NCBI GenBank assembly: GCA_964384905.1
Contig: CAYLND010000001.1
Span: forward strand, 9,915-73,914
DNA length: 64,000 nt
Direction of reading: 5' to 3'
Source of the DNA: an uncultured Acidobacteriota bacterium
Lineage (GTDB): Bacteria > Acidobacteriota > Polarisedimenticolia > Gp22-AA2
Part shown: positions 41,967 to 52,597 of the stretch, piece after piece
How positions within the stretch are numbered: position 1 is the first letter of the stretch
Layout of the letters: every line of letters starts with the position of its first letter
The notes under the pieces: model-generated
Told to the model about the DNA's origin: nothing
Database searches by the model: none
Seen by the model: only the letters and a program-made list of their open reading frames with translations
Made by a program: the position numbers and the translations under genes

Positions 41967-43217
41967 ATGCGCATTCTCTACCTGACGCAGTACTTCCCGC
42001 CGGAGATGGGAGCGCCCCAGGCGCGCATCCCCGAGCTGATGGTGCAGATGGTCCGGCTCGGGCACCGGGTCACCATCCTCACGGCGATGCCGAATTATCC
42101 GCACGGACGGATCTTCCGGGGCTACCGCTGGCGGCCCGTCATGCGCGAGACGTTCCAGGGGATGCGCGTCGTGCGCACCTGGATCTATCCGACCATCGCC
42201 CTGGGCTTTCTCAGGCGCACCGCCAGCGCGCTGTCGTTCGCCGTGTCGAGCGCGGTCCTGGGGGCGGGGCTCGTGGGGGCCCAGGACGTGCTTCTGGTGG
42301 AATCGCCCCCGTTGTTCCTGGCGCTCACCGCGGTTCTTCTCAAGCGCCTGCTGCGGTGCCCGTACGTCGCGGTGGTCGCCGATCTGTGGCCGGAGGTGGC
42401 GATCGAGACCGGCATGCTCACCAACCCGCGCGCGATCCGCGTCGCCCGTTGGCTCGAGAGGCTCCTCTACGAGCGGTCTCTCGTCGTGGTGACCCAGACC
42501 CCGGGCCAGGTCGCGGACATCCGTTCGCGCTTTCCCGGCGTGAGGGTGGAGATGGTCAGTGGAGGCGTGGACAGCTCCAGGTTCTCCCCCGAACGGCGCA
42601 ACGAGGCCGTGCGCCGCGAGTTCGACGTGGCGGGGAGAGTCGGGGTCCTGTTTTCGGGGCTGCACGGGTTCGCGCAGGGATTGGATGCGGTCCTCGACGC
42701 GGCCGATCGACTTCGCGGGCGCGCGGACATCCGCTTCGTGCTGATCGGAAACGGGGCGGTCAAGCAGCACCTGGTCGGCCGGGCGGCGCAGCTGAAGCTT
42801 CCCAATCTGGACTTCCATGATCCGGTTCCGCGCGAGCGCATGCCCGCCATCGCGGCCTCGATGGATATCGCTCTCGCGCCGCTGCGTCGCGGAGTGCCCC
42901 GTGCGACGATCCCGACCAAGATTTACGAGGCGATGGCCTCGGGGCTGCCGATCGTCGTCGCCGGGGACGGCGAGGCGCACGATCTGGTGCGGGACCAGCG
43001 GATCGGCCTGGCGGTCCCCGCGGAAGCGGGACGCGAGATGGCCGCCGCCATCGCCCGCCTGGCGGACGAGGGCGTGCTGCGCTCCGAGTGTGCGTCGAAC
43101 GCTCTTCGGCTGGCGCGCGCCCGGTACGATCGGAGCGCCATCGCGCTCGTCCTCAATCGGCTCCTCAACGAGATCCGTCCGAGCTCACACCCACGCGATG
43201 CCGCCCCGCATCGGTAG
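41967..43217 (+). CDS. Glycosyltransferase family 4 (WcaI-like)
   Basis: MRILYLTQYFPPE N-terminus typical of WcaI-type GT4; GT-B C-domain with E..7..E region. Confidence 0.75.
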   Translation: MRILYLTQYFPPEMGAPQARIPELMVQMVRLGHRVTILTAMPNYPHGRIFRGYRWRPVMRETFQGMRVVRTWIYPTIALGFLRRTASALSFAVSSAVLGAGLVGAQDVLLVESPPLFLALTAVLLKRLLRCPYVAVVADLWPEVAIETGMLTNPRAIRVARWLERLLYERSLVVVTQTPGQVADIRSRFPGVRVEMVSGGVDSSRFSPERRNEAVRREFDVAGRVGVLFSGLHGFAQGLDAVLDAADRLRGRADIRFVLIGNGAVKQHLVGRAAQLKLPNLDFHDPVPRERMPAIAASMDIALAPLRRGVPRATIPTKIYEAMASGLPIVVAGDGEAHDLVRDQRIGLAVPAEAGREMAAAIARLADEGVLRSECASNALRLARARYDRSAIALVLNRLLNEIRPSSHPRDAAPHR

Positions 43218-45399
43218 GCTGCGTCTTGCTTATGAGCTGTGGTCGCAGTACGGAGCGGCCAATGTCGGATATCGCGTCCTGCACGAGGCTCTGCGCCGCT
43301 CCGGCTGGCTGAGGCGGCGGTTTCCGGCGGTCGGCTGGGAGGCGCGCCCGCCGCACACCTTCTGCGCGCCACACGTGCCCACCGCTCCCGGCGAGTATCG
43401 TGATTTTCGCGAGCGGTCCCCTGGTCGATTCTTCTTCGCTCCGGGCCGGCTGCCGGTCCTGCCGTCCGATTGGGCCGAGGACGCCGTCCGCGCCGGCGGC
43501 GCCGTTTTGTCCGGAAGGCCCCGCCTGGCTGGGCATCGGGCCGCCGATCTCGGGTTCCCGTTCGATTGGCTCGTGAATCCGCACACCGGCGTGCGAGCGG
43601 ACTCGCGGGCGCACTGGAGCGACCTCGACGGCTTCGAGAACACGCCGGGGGACGTCCGTGTCCTGTGGGAGCCGGCGCGGTTCGGCTGGGTCTACGCGCT
43701 CGGCAGGGCCTGCGCCGCGGTCCGCGGCGGCCGGTACGGCGAAGCCTTCTGGACTCTCTTGGAGTCCTGGCGAGCCGCGAATCCGCCGAACCTCGGTCCC
43801 CACTGGCAGGACGGGCAGGAGTGCGCCCTGCGCCTGCAGGCCCTCTGTTTCGGGCTGTACGCCTTCTGGAGCGATCCCTCGACGTCTCCCGAGCGGGTCC
43901 AGAGACTGGCGCAGACCGTCGCGCTGCACGCGGAACGGATCGAGGGGAATCTCGGTTTCGCGCGCACCCAGATGGGGAACCACGCGGTGAGCGAAGCCGC
44001 GGCGTTGTACACCGCGGCGGTCCTGTTCCCCGAGTTCTCGCGCGCCTCGCCCTGGAGACGTTTGGGGCTGCGGGTGCTCGATGACGAGGCCCGCCTGCAC
44101 AACCGGAGCGATGGCACGTACGCGCAGCACTCGATGAACTACCATCGCCTCATGCTCCACGAGTACCTGTGGGTCCTGCGCCTCGCGGAGCTGAACGGCG
44201 ATCGACTGGCTCCCGAGACCGTCGAGAAGCTGGATCGCGCCACGGAGTTCCTGTACCTGCTCCAGGACGAGCGGAGCGGCCGGCTCCCGAACTACGGTCC
44301 GAACGACGGGTCCCTCGTCCTGCCGCTCGACGGCTGCGACTTCCTGGACTACCGTCCGGTCATCGGAGCCATGCATCACCAGATTCACCGCGAGAGGCTG
44401 TACGCCCCCGGACCGTGGGACGAGGACCTCCTCTGGCTGTTCGGTCCCGCGTCTCACGAGGCGCCGCGCGTGGCACGACCGCGGCCGAGCGCGCGGCTGG
44501 ATCAAGGCGGCTATTACACGCTGCGCGGCCTGGAGACCTGGGGCATGGTGCGCTGTCACACCTTCCGCAACAGGCCGAATCAGTCCGACTTGCTGCACCT
44601 GGACCTGTGGTGGCGCGGCCAGAATGTCCTGCGTGATTCGGGGTCGTACCTGTACAACGCCCCCGAGCCTTGGCGCGACTGGTTCACTTCGACCGCGGCG
44701 CACAACACGGTCCAGATCGCCGGTCAGGACCAGATGGTGAAGGTGCGTCGCTTCAGTTGGGCGTACCTCGCGCGGGCCCGCGTGCGCGTGGTCCGTTGCG
44801 CGGGCGTCGACGGGTTCGACTATTTCGAAGGTGAGCACGAAGGATATCAGCGGCTTCCTGGTCGCATCACGCACCGGAGGGCGGTCGCGCGGATCGGTGA
44901 CCGCGCCTGGCTGGTGGTGGACGACGTGCTCGGGACGGGTCGATCGACGATTCGCGCGTTCTGGCACCTCCTCGACGCCCCCTGGACATCCGAGACGCAC
45001 CGCCTGTGCCTCGACACCGCGTCGGGGCCGGTGGCGTTGAGTTTTCTGACCCCGGGCGCCTCCTCCACGCTGCACGTGGCGCGCGGCGAGGAGGGGCGCC
45101 AGCCGCTGGGATGGGAATCGCAGCGCTACGGCGAGCGCGTGCCGGCCCCGGCCGCGTGTCTCGAGCTGATCGAGGCGCTCCTGCCTCAGCGCCTCGTGAG
45201 CCTCGTCTGCCTCGGTCGCGGCGGGGCGATCGAATCCGATCCCGCTGGCCGAATCCTGCGCTGGACGGACACGCCGGCCTTCTCGACCACCGTGACACTG
45301 TCGCCCACGGGAGGGGACGACAGCCCGGTGGTCAGGGAGATTCTGGCCGGGGAACGACGATGGATCGTGGAGCGGCGACCCCAGGAGCACAGCGCGTGA
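43198..45399 (+). CDS. Heparinase II/III-like protein (alginate-lyase-like N-domain + Hepar_II_III C-domain)
   Basis: 733-aa product, toroid N-domain and C-terminal HLDLWW...GSY region typical of the family. Confidence 0.55.
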   Translation: MPPRIGRLRLAYELWSQYGAANVGYRVLHEALRRSGWLRRRFPAVGWEARPPHTFCAPHVPTAPGEYRDFRERSPGRFFFAPGRLPVLPSDWAEDAVRAGGAVLSGRPRLAGHRAADLGFPFDWLVNPHTGVRADSRAHWSDLDGFENTPGDVRVLWEPARFGWVYALGRACAAVRGGRYGEAFWTLLESWRAANPPNLGPHWQDGQECALRLQALCFGLYAFWSDPSTSPERVQRLAQTVALHAERIEGNLGFARTQMGNHAVSEAAALYTAAVLFPEFSRASPWRRLGLRVLDDEARLHNRSDGTYAQHSMNYHRLMLHEYLWVLRLAELNGDRLAPETVEKLDRATEFLYLLQDERSGRLPNYGPNDGSLVLPLDGCDFLDYRPVIGAMHHQIHRERLYAPGPWDEDLLWLFGPASHEAPRVARPRPSARLDQGGYYTLRGLETWGMVRCHTFRNRPNQSDLLHLDLWWRGQNVLRDSGSYLYNAPEPWRDWFTSTAAHNTVQIAGQDQMVKVRRFSWAYLARARVRVVRCAGVDGFDYFEGEHEGYQRLPGRITHRRAVARIGDRAWLVVDDVLGTGRSTIRAFWHLLDAPWTSETHRLCLDTASGPVALSFLTPGASSTLHVARGEEGRQPLGWESQRYGERVPAPAACLELIEALLPQRLVSLVCLGRGGAIESDPAGRILRWTDTPAFSTTVTLSPTGGDDSPVVREILAGERRWIVERRPQEHSA

Positions 45400-46088
45400 G
45401 CGTCCGCGAGCAGTTTGACGTCGAGCTTCTCGGTCCGCGGCACGTGGATGAGGTCGCGACTCTGCACCTGCAGGCGATGCGGGGCTACTTCCTGTCCGAG
45501 CTCGGGGAACGTGTGCTGCGCCGGTTCTACGCGGAGTTCTGCCGGCATCCTTACGATTACGGCGTCGTGGCCATTGGTCGCACCACGGGGCGGCTGGCGG
45601 CGTTCGTCGTGGGCACCAGTGACTCCGCCGCCCACTTCAGGTCGTTCTATCGGCGCAACGCGCTGCTGCTCGCCGGTGAGGTGGCGATCGCCGCGGTCCG
45701 TCGGGCGGCGGTCCGGCGGGGACTGCTCCGTCGCCTGCGCCACCTCCTGTTCGCCGGTCTCGCGGTGGTGCGATGGCATCGACCCGTCGCGAGCGCGCCG
45801 GGGCCCCCGCGCGGTCCGGACCGGGTCTGTCCGGTTCGGCTCCTGTCGATCGCCGTGGCGCCGGACTGCCAGGGCACGGGCGTATCCGGACTGGTCGCGC
45901 TGCGTTTCGAAGAGGTGCTGCGGCAGGCCGGGTTCACGCGCGTCGGATTGTCGGTGCACGGGGACAACGACCGGGCGATCGCCTTCTATCGGAAATCGGG
46001 CTGGCAGGAGACCTATCGATCCGAGGCGGGGCTCTGGTTCGAGAAGTCTATCGGAGCGCCGCGCGCGACCGTCCCGCGCTCGATGTAG
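45396..46088 (+). CDS. GNAT family N-acetyltransferase (GTG start overlapping upstream stop)
   Basis: CQGTGVSGLV acetyl-CoA P-loop-like motif, GWQE C-terminal motif. Confidence 0.5.
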   Translation: MSVREQFDVELLGPRHVDEVATLHLQAMRGYFLSELGERVLRRFYAEFCRHPYDYGVVAIGRTTGRLAAFVVGTSDSAAHFRSFYRRNALLLAGEVAIAAVRRAAVRRGLLRRLRHLLFAGLAVVRWHRPVASAPGPPRGPDRVCPVRLLSIAVAPDCQGTGVSGLVALRFEEVLRQAGFTRVGLSVHGDNDRAIAFYRKSGWQETYRSEAGLWFEKSIGAPRATVPRSM

Positions 46089-47486
46089 TCGATCTCGGAC
46101 AGTCGTCCCTTCAGGATCCGGTCGCTGCCCATCCGCGCGTACAAGAGCATCTCGCGCCAGCGCCGCATCCACGTGGTCGCGAAACGGGCGGTCAGCATGG
46201 AGCGGACGGGCAGGTAATCGTACTCGTAGAGGTTGAAGAGAAGGTTTAGCAGGGCCATGGTCCGGCGGGTGCGCGCCGTCACGCGGTAGCGCACCCGCTT
46301 GCTGATCGCGAGGTGCGAGAAGAGATCGAGCGCCATGCACTGGCGGAACACGAAGGTCGTCGTGTGGATCTCCAGCGGATGCTCTGCCGGTGGCGCTGTC
46401 GGCGGGATCTCGCTGACCGCCCGCCGGTACACGTCGATCTCGAAAACCTGCGCGTCGTCGCCCGCGCTCACGACGAAGCGCGCGGGGCGCCCCTTGAACC
46501 GCCGGCGGACGAGCCGGGGGACGGCCGCGAGGAACTTCGAGAAATACGCACGGACCTCCTGCTCGCGGACGCGCGAACGGGCCTCTGTCGCGTAGAACCG
46601 CTCCAGGACGGACGTCTTCTCGTCACGATAGCGCTCGAGATGCACGTCGCGTCGGTCGAAGAAGTCCATGGCGGTCGGAGAGAGCTGGAAACCGCGATCG
46701 GTGGACCAGGAATCACCCGCCAGCATGATCACGATCTGTGGTGAGGCGAGGCCGCGCTCCCGGAAATGGGTCTCCACCATGCGGGGGGTCTGAATGGTGC
46801 CATTGAGAGAGTAAACGTCCTTGTGAAGGTAGCAGTGATTGCTGGCGAACGGGATGGCGTGGCGCGCGCCCGTGGCGCGCGCGAAGGCCGCGAAGCTCTC
46901 GATGTAGCGCTCCAGATCGTCCACGGGTGCGGTCGGATCGTCGATCACATCATAGGAGAGCCGGCTGTTGGCCGAGCTGTGGCTCCGGAACAGGAAATCG
47001 ATGGACGGGTGCCGCTTCAGGATCTGACGCAGCGGGCCCCCCATGAACTTGGCGTCGTTCGCATCCAGCAGGGTGATCCCGGCGCACTCCACGACCAGCG
47101 CGCTGTCCAGGAACGGGCTGAACTGGTAGGAGGTGATCCGGAAGTCGTCCCCCAGCGGGACCGATCCGGCATGGGGGATCTCGCGCACGTTGCGGAAGCC
47201 GAGGCGGTGCAGATCACGCGGGATGCGGTCGTGATGCCCCCGGGGTACCAGGATCGGAGTCTCGCGCGGAAACCGTCGCAGGGACACTCCGTGGAAATGG
47301 TCCCAGTGGATGTGCGTGAGATAGATGGCGTCGGGACGCAGGCTTCGCAGGAGGTCGTCGGGGACGGGCGGGTAGTTCCACCAGGAGCGCCAGTAGCAGC
47401 TGCCGACGATCCACGGATCGATGAGAAGCGACACGCCGGCACCCCTCACCAGGAGACCGGCGTGGGACACGATGGTGAATTCCACG
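46013..47486 (-). CDS. MBL-fold metallo-hydrolase with ~240-aa C-terminal extension
   Basis: THIHWDHFHG (HxHxDH) and downstream His/Asp ligands; GTG start preceded by GAGG. Confidence 0.55.
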
Positions 47487-47535
47487 TTGACGACGCCTCG
47501 ACCCGGGTGCCTTTCGCGCGCGAACGCTCCGCCAG

Positions 47536-48921
47536 TCACAGGGGCGACAGTCGCCCCTCCGTGACCTCGGAGACCACGAAACGCAGCTTGCCGCTCGGTG
47601 ATCGGGGAAGGCGATCGACGTACTGGAACTCGACCGCCGCGAGATCGCCGACCCGTTTTCGGAACTCCTCGCGCAACCGGCTCTCGTCCCGCTCCTGATA
47701 CCGCGCGTGCCGCACGATCCGGACGGTGAGGCGTCCGGGCTCGCGCTGGACGATCTGTGCCTCTCGAATCGCCATCATGTCCTTGAAGATGTGATCCATG
47801 CGCCCCAGGAGCGCCCCGTTCTTCAGGATCACATAGTCCTCCTTGCGACCGTCCACGCCGGCCACGCGGCGCCCGGGAAGCCCGCAGACGCAGGGGTCGG
47901 TCGCCGCCTCGACGCGATCCCCGACATCGTAGCGGAGAAGCGGAGCGGCCGGGTTGGAAAGATTCGTGCCCACGACGCGGTGATCGCGCTCGCCCTCGCC
48001 GGGGAGGAACTCGACGGCCGCGAAGTCCTCGTCCACGTGCATCCCGCCCCTCGGACACTGAAAGCAATTGGCCACGGCCTCCGCCATCCCGTAGTGCTGG
48101 ATCGGCGCCTGACCGAGTGCCTCCTGGATCACGACCGCCTGATGGTGCATCAGGTTCTCGGCGCCGGTCGTCACCCAGGCCGGGACGTAGCCGAGGGTCT
48201 CGCCCTGCTCCAGAAGGAGCGAGGCGAACAGAGACATCAGGGAGGGGTAGCCGTGCAGCCAGGGTGGCCTGGTCCGTCGGAGCAGGGCGACATAGTGTCT
48301 GAACGTATCGGGTGAGAGGTGGTAGGCGCTGAACAGGATCTGTCGGCCCGGCCGGTTGAATCTCCAGAACGGCGGCGTCGTCTGTCGCAGCGGCACGACC
48401 GAGCGTCCGCCGAAATATCCGCACCATGTGCCCATCTGCAGTCCATGGAGCCGGTAATAGCGCCACCAGATGGCGTATTGCTCCTGCAGCGCGAGGCGGG
48501 TGGTGACCAGGCGCAGCCCCGCGCCCGTGGTGCCGCTGGTGTGGATCGGCACCCGCAGCCCGGGAGGCACGCGCTCGGAGATCAGCTCGGTCGAGCGCTC
48601 CTGGACGGTCGCCTTGTCGAGAACAGGGAGAGTCCGCAGATCCTCCAGCGTGCGGATCGCGGCCGGGTCGATCCCATGGTCGCGAAACATCCCGCGATAG
48701 TAAGGCACCGACTCGGCGCAGTGTCGGACAAAGGCGCGAAGCCTGGCATCACGAAACGCCTGCAGGCGATCCGGCCCCCAGGTGAGCCTCTGCTCCGCCT
48801 CGCGCAGGAGCGCCGGGAACCTCCCTCCGAAGCGGTCCCGCTGGATTCTCCAGCCTTGCAGACTGCACGCCAGATTCTGGAGGGCGATCGGAAGACCCAG
48901 GTAGAGCGATTCGGCCTCCAC
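47536..48921 (-). CDS. Phenylacetate-CoA ligase-like adenylate-forming enzyme (CapK / F390-synthetase-related family)
   Basis: TSGTTG adenylation motif, PaaK-like C-domain; start either GTG 48921 (TAGTG overlap) or ATG 49017. Confidence 0.6.
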   Translation of the reverse strand: MEAESLYLGLPIALQNLACSLQGWRIQRDRFGGRFPALLREAEQRLTWGPDRLQAFRDARLRAFVRHCAESVPYYRGMFRDHGIDPAAIRTLEDLRTLPVLDKATVQERSTELISERVPPGLRVPIHTSGTTGAGLRLVTTRLALQEQYAIWWRYYRLHGLQMGTWCGYFGGRSVVPLRQTTPPFWRFNRPGRQILFSAYHLSPDTFRHYVALLRRTRPPWLHGYPSLMSLFASLLLEQGETLGYVPAWVTTGAENLMHHQAVVIQEALGQAPIQHYGMAEAVANCFQCPRGGMHVDEDFAAVEFLPGEGERDHRVVGTNLSNPAAPLLRYDVGDRVEAATDPCVCGLPGRRVAGVDGRKEDYVILKNGALLGRMDHIFKDMMAIREAQIVQREPGRLTVRIVRHARYQERDESRLREEFRKRVGDLAAVEFQYVDRLPRSPSGKLRFVVSEVTEGRLSPL

Positions 48922-50399
48922 TAGCGGCCGCTCTCGATCCGTCCGATCCAGCCGAAGTGGGGGCGCAAGCGGAAGCGATCGTCGCAGGTCCTGAGATGCT
49001 CCAGATCTCCGTTCCATGGGGCGTGATTGCTGACGCAGACGGCGGCCCGAGACGGTGCCGAGGCGATCGGGAAGGCGCGCGCCGAAAACGCATGGGACGT
49101 GATCGGGATGCGCTCCGGGTCGAATCCCATCACCACGGCGGCGACCGTGTCCACCAGGGCCGGATCCCGGCCCAAGAGAAGCGTTCCGGCTGGATACGGA
49201 TCGGGGTCGACCGGACCGTCGCCGTGTCCGGCGATAAGACCGTCGACGAATGAAAGGCAGGTCTTCCGGCTGGCGGACTCGGGGGAGCGGAACGTCCCGT
49301 CAGGGTTGCCGTAAAGCACGATCTTGTTCAGGTCGAGACACATGCGCCATACCGTGTCGTTGCCGTGCCAGTTGCCGCTGCGCACGACCTTGCTGGTATC
49401 GCCGAAGACCGTCGCACCGGCACGGCGCGCCTTGCGCAGCAGCCAGGTCCCCAGCGAGGGCGAGCGCAGCGCCGCATGACGGAGAAGCCGTGAGGAGTGG
49501 TGCTCGATGCGACGGCGGATGGTCGCAGCAGGGTACTGATCGCCGCCGCATTCGGGGTACCCGACGGTGTGATGCGGCAGCCAGTTCTTGTCGCCGTTCA
49601 CGCCGACCAGGTTCTTCAGGCTCACCGTGATGCCCGCCTTCTTGTGCGTTTTCAGCTTGGGCAGGTTGATGAACAGATCGCAGCGGATCACCGATCCGGA
49701 AATCAGGTACTCGTGCTTTCCCCCGTGATGATGGCGGTTGACCTCCCCTTCGTCGTAGTCGGCTCCGTAGTAGCGCCCTTCACCGCGGTGACCGACGAAC
49801 TCGCTGTCCGCCCCGAGATCGAAGGCGACGTAGCCGGACGGATCGCCCGGTCGGGCTCCGCGCTCGACGATGACCCCCTCGCGGCTGAGCCACTCTTCGC
49901 GCCGCAGGTCGACCAGCTCCAGCGGGAGTCCGTGCGCCGCGTAAAACGCCCTGAGGGAGTCCAGACCCAGGATGCGAACCATGCGCTGGAACGAGGAGTC
50001 GGTCTGCGGCGCGTCGGCGATCATGACGCGCCCGCGGCCATCGAGCGCTTTCCAGACGTAATCGGTCACGGCGCGGATGATGCTCCCGTGCGTGAGGGTG
50101 TAGATCCATCCCGACGGATCCCTTGGATGCTCCTCTTTGATGAGATTGGGCTTGAGGACCACGAACTGGCCGGGGCCGACCAGATCGCGCAGCGGGTTCC
50201 ACGCCGGAGTTCCCCTGTGCGCCTCGTCGAGCCCCGCGAGCATGAGCGCGCCGCGGACCGCTTCGTAGGCGGGGTTTCCCTCGCGGCCGATCGCTCCCGG
50301 AAAAGGGGATTCGGGGTACGCCTCTGCGGGGTGGTACGGGGCTGTCGACGGGTAACCGGCGTGCGTGGAGCGATGCAGAACGACGGTGGTCTCGTCCAT
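48921..50399 (-). CDS. DUF362 domain protein (unknown function)
   Basis: VVLKPNL, LKTHKKAGITVSLKNLVGV, DGLIAGHGDGP motifs characteristic of DUF362. Confidence 0.45.
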   Translation of the reverse strand: MDETTVVLHRSTHAGYPSTAPYHPAEAYPESPFPGAIGREGNPAYEAVRGALMLAGLDEAHRGTPAWNPLRDLVGPGQFVVLKPNLIKEEHPRDPSGWIYTLTHGSIIRAVTDYVWKALDGRGRVMIADAPQTDSSFQRMVRILGLDSLRAFYAAHGLPLELVDLRREEWLSREGVIVERGARPGDPSGYVAFDLGADSEFVGHRGEGRYYGADYDEGEVNRHHHGGKHEYLISGSVIRCDLFINLPKLKTHKKAGITVSLKNLVGVNGDKNWLPHHTVGYPECGGDQYPAATIRRRIEHHSSRLLRHAALRSPSLGTWLLRKARRAGATVFGDTSKVVRSGNWHGNDTVWRMCLDLNKIVLYGNPDGTFRSPESASRKTCLSFVDGLIAGHGDGPVDPDPYPAGTLLLGRDPALVDTVAAVVMGFDPERIPITSHAFSARAFPIASAPSRAAVCVSNHAPWNGDLEHLRTCDDRFRLRPHFGWIGRIESGR

Positions 50400-50400
50400 C

Positions 50401-51260
50401 CTACTTGACGGCGACGATCATGAGCCACAATCCGTGCCGGCGGAACAGCGTCCTGATCAGCCAGCGCGGCCACAGCGCCCTGGCGAGGGTCAGGATGGGG
50501 CCCCGGTGGTTCAGGCCGACTTCCCCCAGAAGCAGATCGCTCGAGGTCAGGAGGGTGTGGACATCCCGTACCTCCGAAAACTCCGAGAACAGCCGCCGCG
50601 CCTCGTCTGGCGTGTACGCCTTGGTGCCGGGGTTCTCCAGATGATGAGCGTAGATGTCCGCCAGCGAGCGGGAGGGTCGCCCCGCCAGGAGGGCATACCG
50701 CAGCCACAGCATGTATCCGACCATGGAATAGGTATGGTAGACCATCACGCGGGCGACACCTCCCGGTCGAAGCACGCGACGGACTTCTCGAATCGCCGTC
50801 GGCGTGTCCGGCGTGGCATGCAGCACCCCCCAGGAATAGACGAGGTCGAAGGAGTCGTCGTCGAACGGCAGATGCTCGGCGTCGGTCACCATCAGATTCG
50901 AGGACAAGCCGTGCATTCTCAGCCGCTCCCGCGTGAATCCAATGGCCCGGGGCGTCAGGTCGACACCCGTGAGGGTCCGAGGGTTTGCTTTGGCCCACTC
51001 GAGATGATCGGCGCCCATCCCCACGCCGATCTCCAGGACATCGCGTTCCGCCCCATCGTGGAACCGGGCGAATTCGAAAATGTAACTTTCGAACGCATAG
51101 CGCGCCGAGCGCTGGGCCTCGAGCCTCTCCTGGAGCGAGTCGCCGCGCGCGTAGACCTCCCCGCAGGAGTGTTTCTGAAAATACTCGCGCGTGGCGCGTT
51201 TGAGGGCCGTGTCCGTGTCCTCGACGTGTCGGTCCACCGCGCGGTCGCCAGACGTCATCA
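50401..51260 (-). CDS. Class I SAM-dependent methyltransferase (Methyltransf_11-like)
   Basis: VLEIGVGMG motif I; GGAGAG RBS 6 nt upstream of ATGATG. Confidence 0.6.
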
Positions 51261-51475
51261 TGATGACCTGCTCTCCATTCCTCGCTGCCGAGCCACCAAT
51301 GTACCGCAGCGGACCGCCGTGATCTACAACGTTTTTAGTGCGCGGCATGGACGCTCGATGTCCCGCAGGGGTCCGAAGACCGCGCCCGGCCGGGGTCCTC
51401 GGGCCGGCGCTTCTCAGCGGCGGCGCTTCTATGCGATCATGAATTGTCCGTGTCGTTCGGCCGGGAGGTTCCCAT

Positions 51476-52597
51476 TTGAAGGTCGCGATCCTGATCGATG
51501 CGCTCAACCGAGGCGGGGCCGAGCGTCAGGTGCTGAACACGACCTGGGCGCTGTCCCGAGAGGGCTGCCCGGTCGAACTGATCCATTATTACGCGATCGA
51601 CGGCCGCTCCGGGTATGACCATCCGGCTTTCCACGAGGCCCGCGTCGTCTGCATTCCGAAACGCGGCCGGCCGCTCGGATTCGTCTGGCGGCTGGCCGGA
51701 TATCTCCGGCGCGGCCGGTTCGACGTCGTGCATGCCTTCAAGTCGGTGCCGACGCTGTACGGCTGTCTGGCGGGGAAGCTGGCGGGGGTGCCCGTCATTC
51801 TCGGCGGATGCCAGGGGGAATACGAGGATCGGGGCCTCGCCCGGCTGGGGCATCGCATCGCGAAGCCGTTCCTGGCGGGCTGGATCACCAACACCCGCTC
51901 GATCGTCGAGTCCCTGGTGAGAGAAATCGGCGTTGCCCGGGAGGACTGTCACGTCGTCTACAACGGGATCGATCCCCGCTCCTTCGCATCGTCGCTGTCA
52001 CCGTCCGGAGCGAGGACCAGGCTGGGCCTGCCGCCCGACGCGCAGACGGTGGTCATCGTCGCAGGGCTCCGGCCGGTCAAGAACCACCGCCTGTTCCTGG
52101 ACATGGCGCGCCTCGTCCTGGCCCGGCTCCCGGAGACCCGTTTCCTTCTCGCGGGGGACGGCGAGGAGCGGCGCGCGCTGGAACGTTACGCGCGCGAAAT
52201 CCAGGTGGCCGACCGCGTCCTCTTCCTGGGGAGCCGCTCCGACATACCGGACGTGCTGGCGGCAACCGACGTCTCCGTCCTGACCTCCCATTCGGAAGGC
52301 CTCCCGAACGCGCTGATCGAATCGATGGCCGTCGGTGTTCCGGTCGTCACCACCGATTACGCGGGCGCCGCGGAATTCATGACGGACGGAGAGGAAGGGT
52401 TCATCGTGCCGCGCGGCGACGCCCGCGCGATGGCCGACCGGGTGTGTCACCTCCTCGAGGACCCCTCGCGAAGGAAGACGATGGGCGAGAAAGGGACGCG
52501 AACGATCGGCGGGCGGTTCAGCATGGAGATCATGGCCGCGGGATTCCTGGAGGTCTACCGCAGGTGCCTGGAGAGGGTCGCCCCGGTGACCGCGTGA
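51476..52597 (+). CDS. Glycosyltransferase family 4 (TTG start, GGGAGG RBS)
   Basis: MKVAILIDALNRGGAERQV N-terminus and GT-B C-domain EGLPNALIESMA. Confidence 0.75.
   Translation: MKVAILIDALNRGGAERQVLNTTWALSREGCPVELIHYYAIDGRSGYDHPAFHEARVVCIPKRGRPLGFVWRLAGYLRRGRFDVVHAFKSVPTLYGCLAGKLAGVPVILGGCQGEYEDRGLARLGHRIAKPFLAGWITNTRSIVESLVREIGVAREDCHVVYNGIDPRSFASSLSPSGARTRLGLPPDAQTVVIVAGLRPVKNHRLFLDMARLVLARLPETRFLLAGDGEERRALERYAREIQVADRVLFLGSRSDIPDVLAATDVSVLTSHSEGLPNALIESMAVGVPVVTTDYAGAAEFMTDGEEGFIVPRGDARAMADRVCHLLEDPSRRKTMGEKGTRTIGGRFSMEIMAAGFLEVYRRCLERVAPVTA

Noticed and set aside
41742-41967. Possible sigma54 (-24/-12) element or small peptide ORF in the thiolase/GT4 divergent intergenic region
   Set aside because: The TGGC...TTTC spacing does not fit GG-N10-GC, and the 16-codon ORF has no RBS. 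Only a short GCCCC/GGGGC inverted repeat is present.
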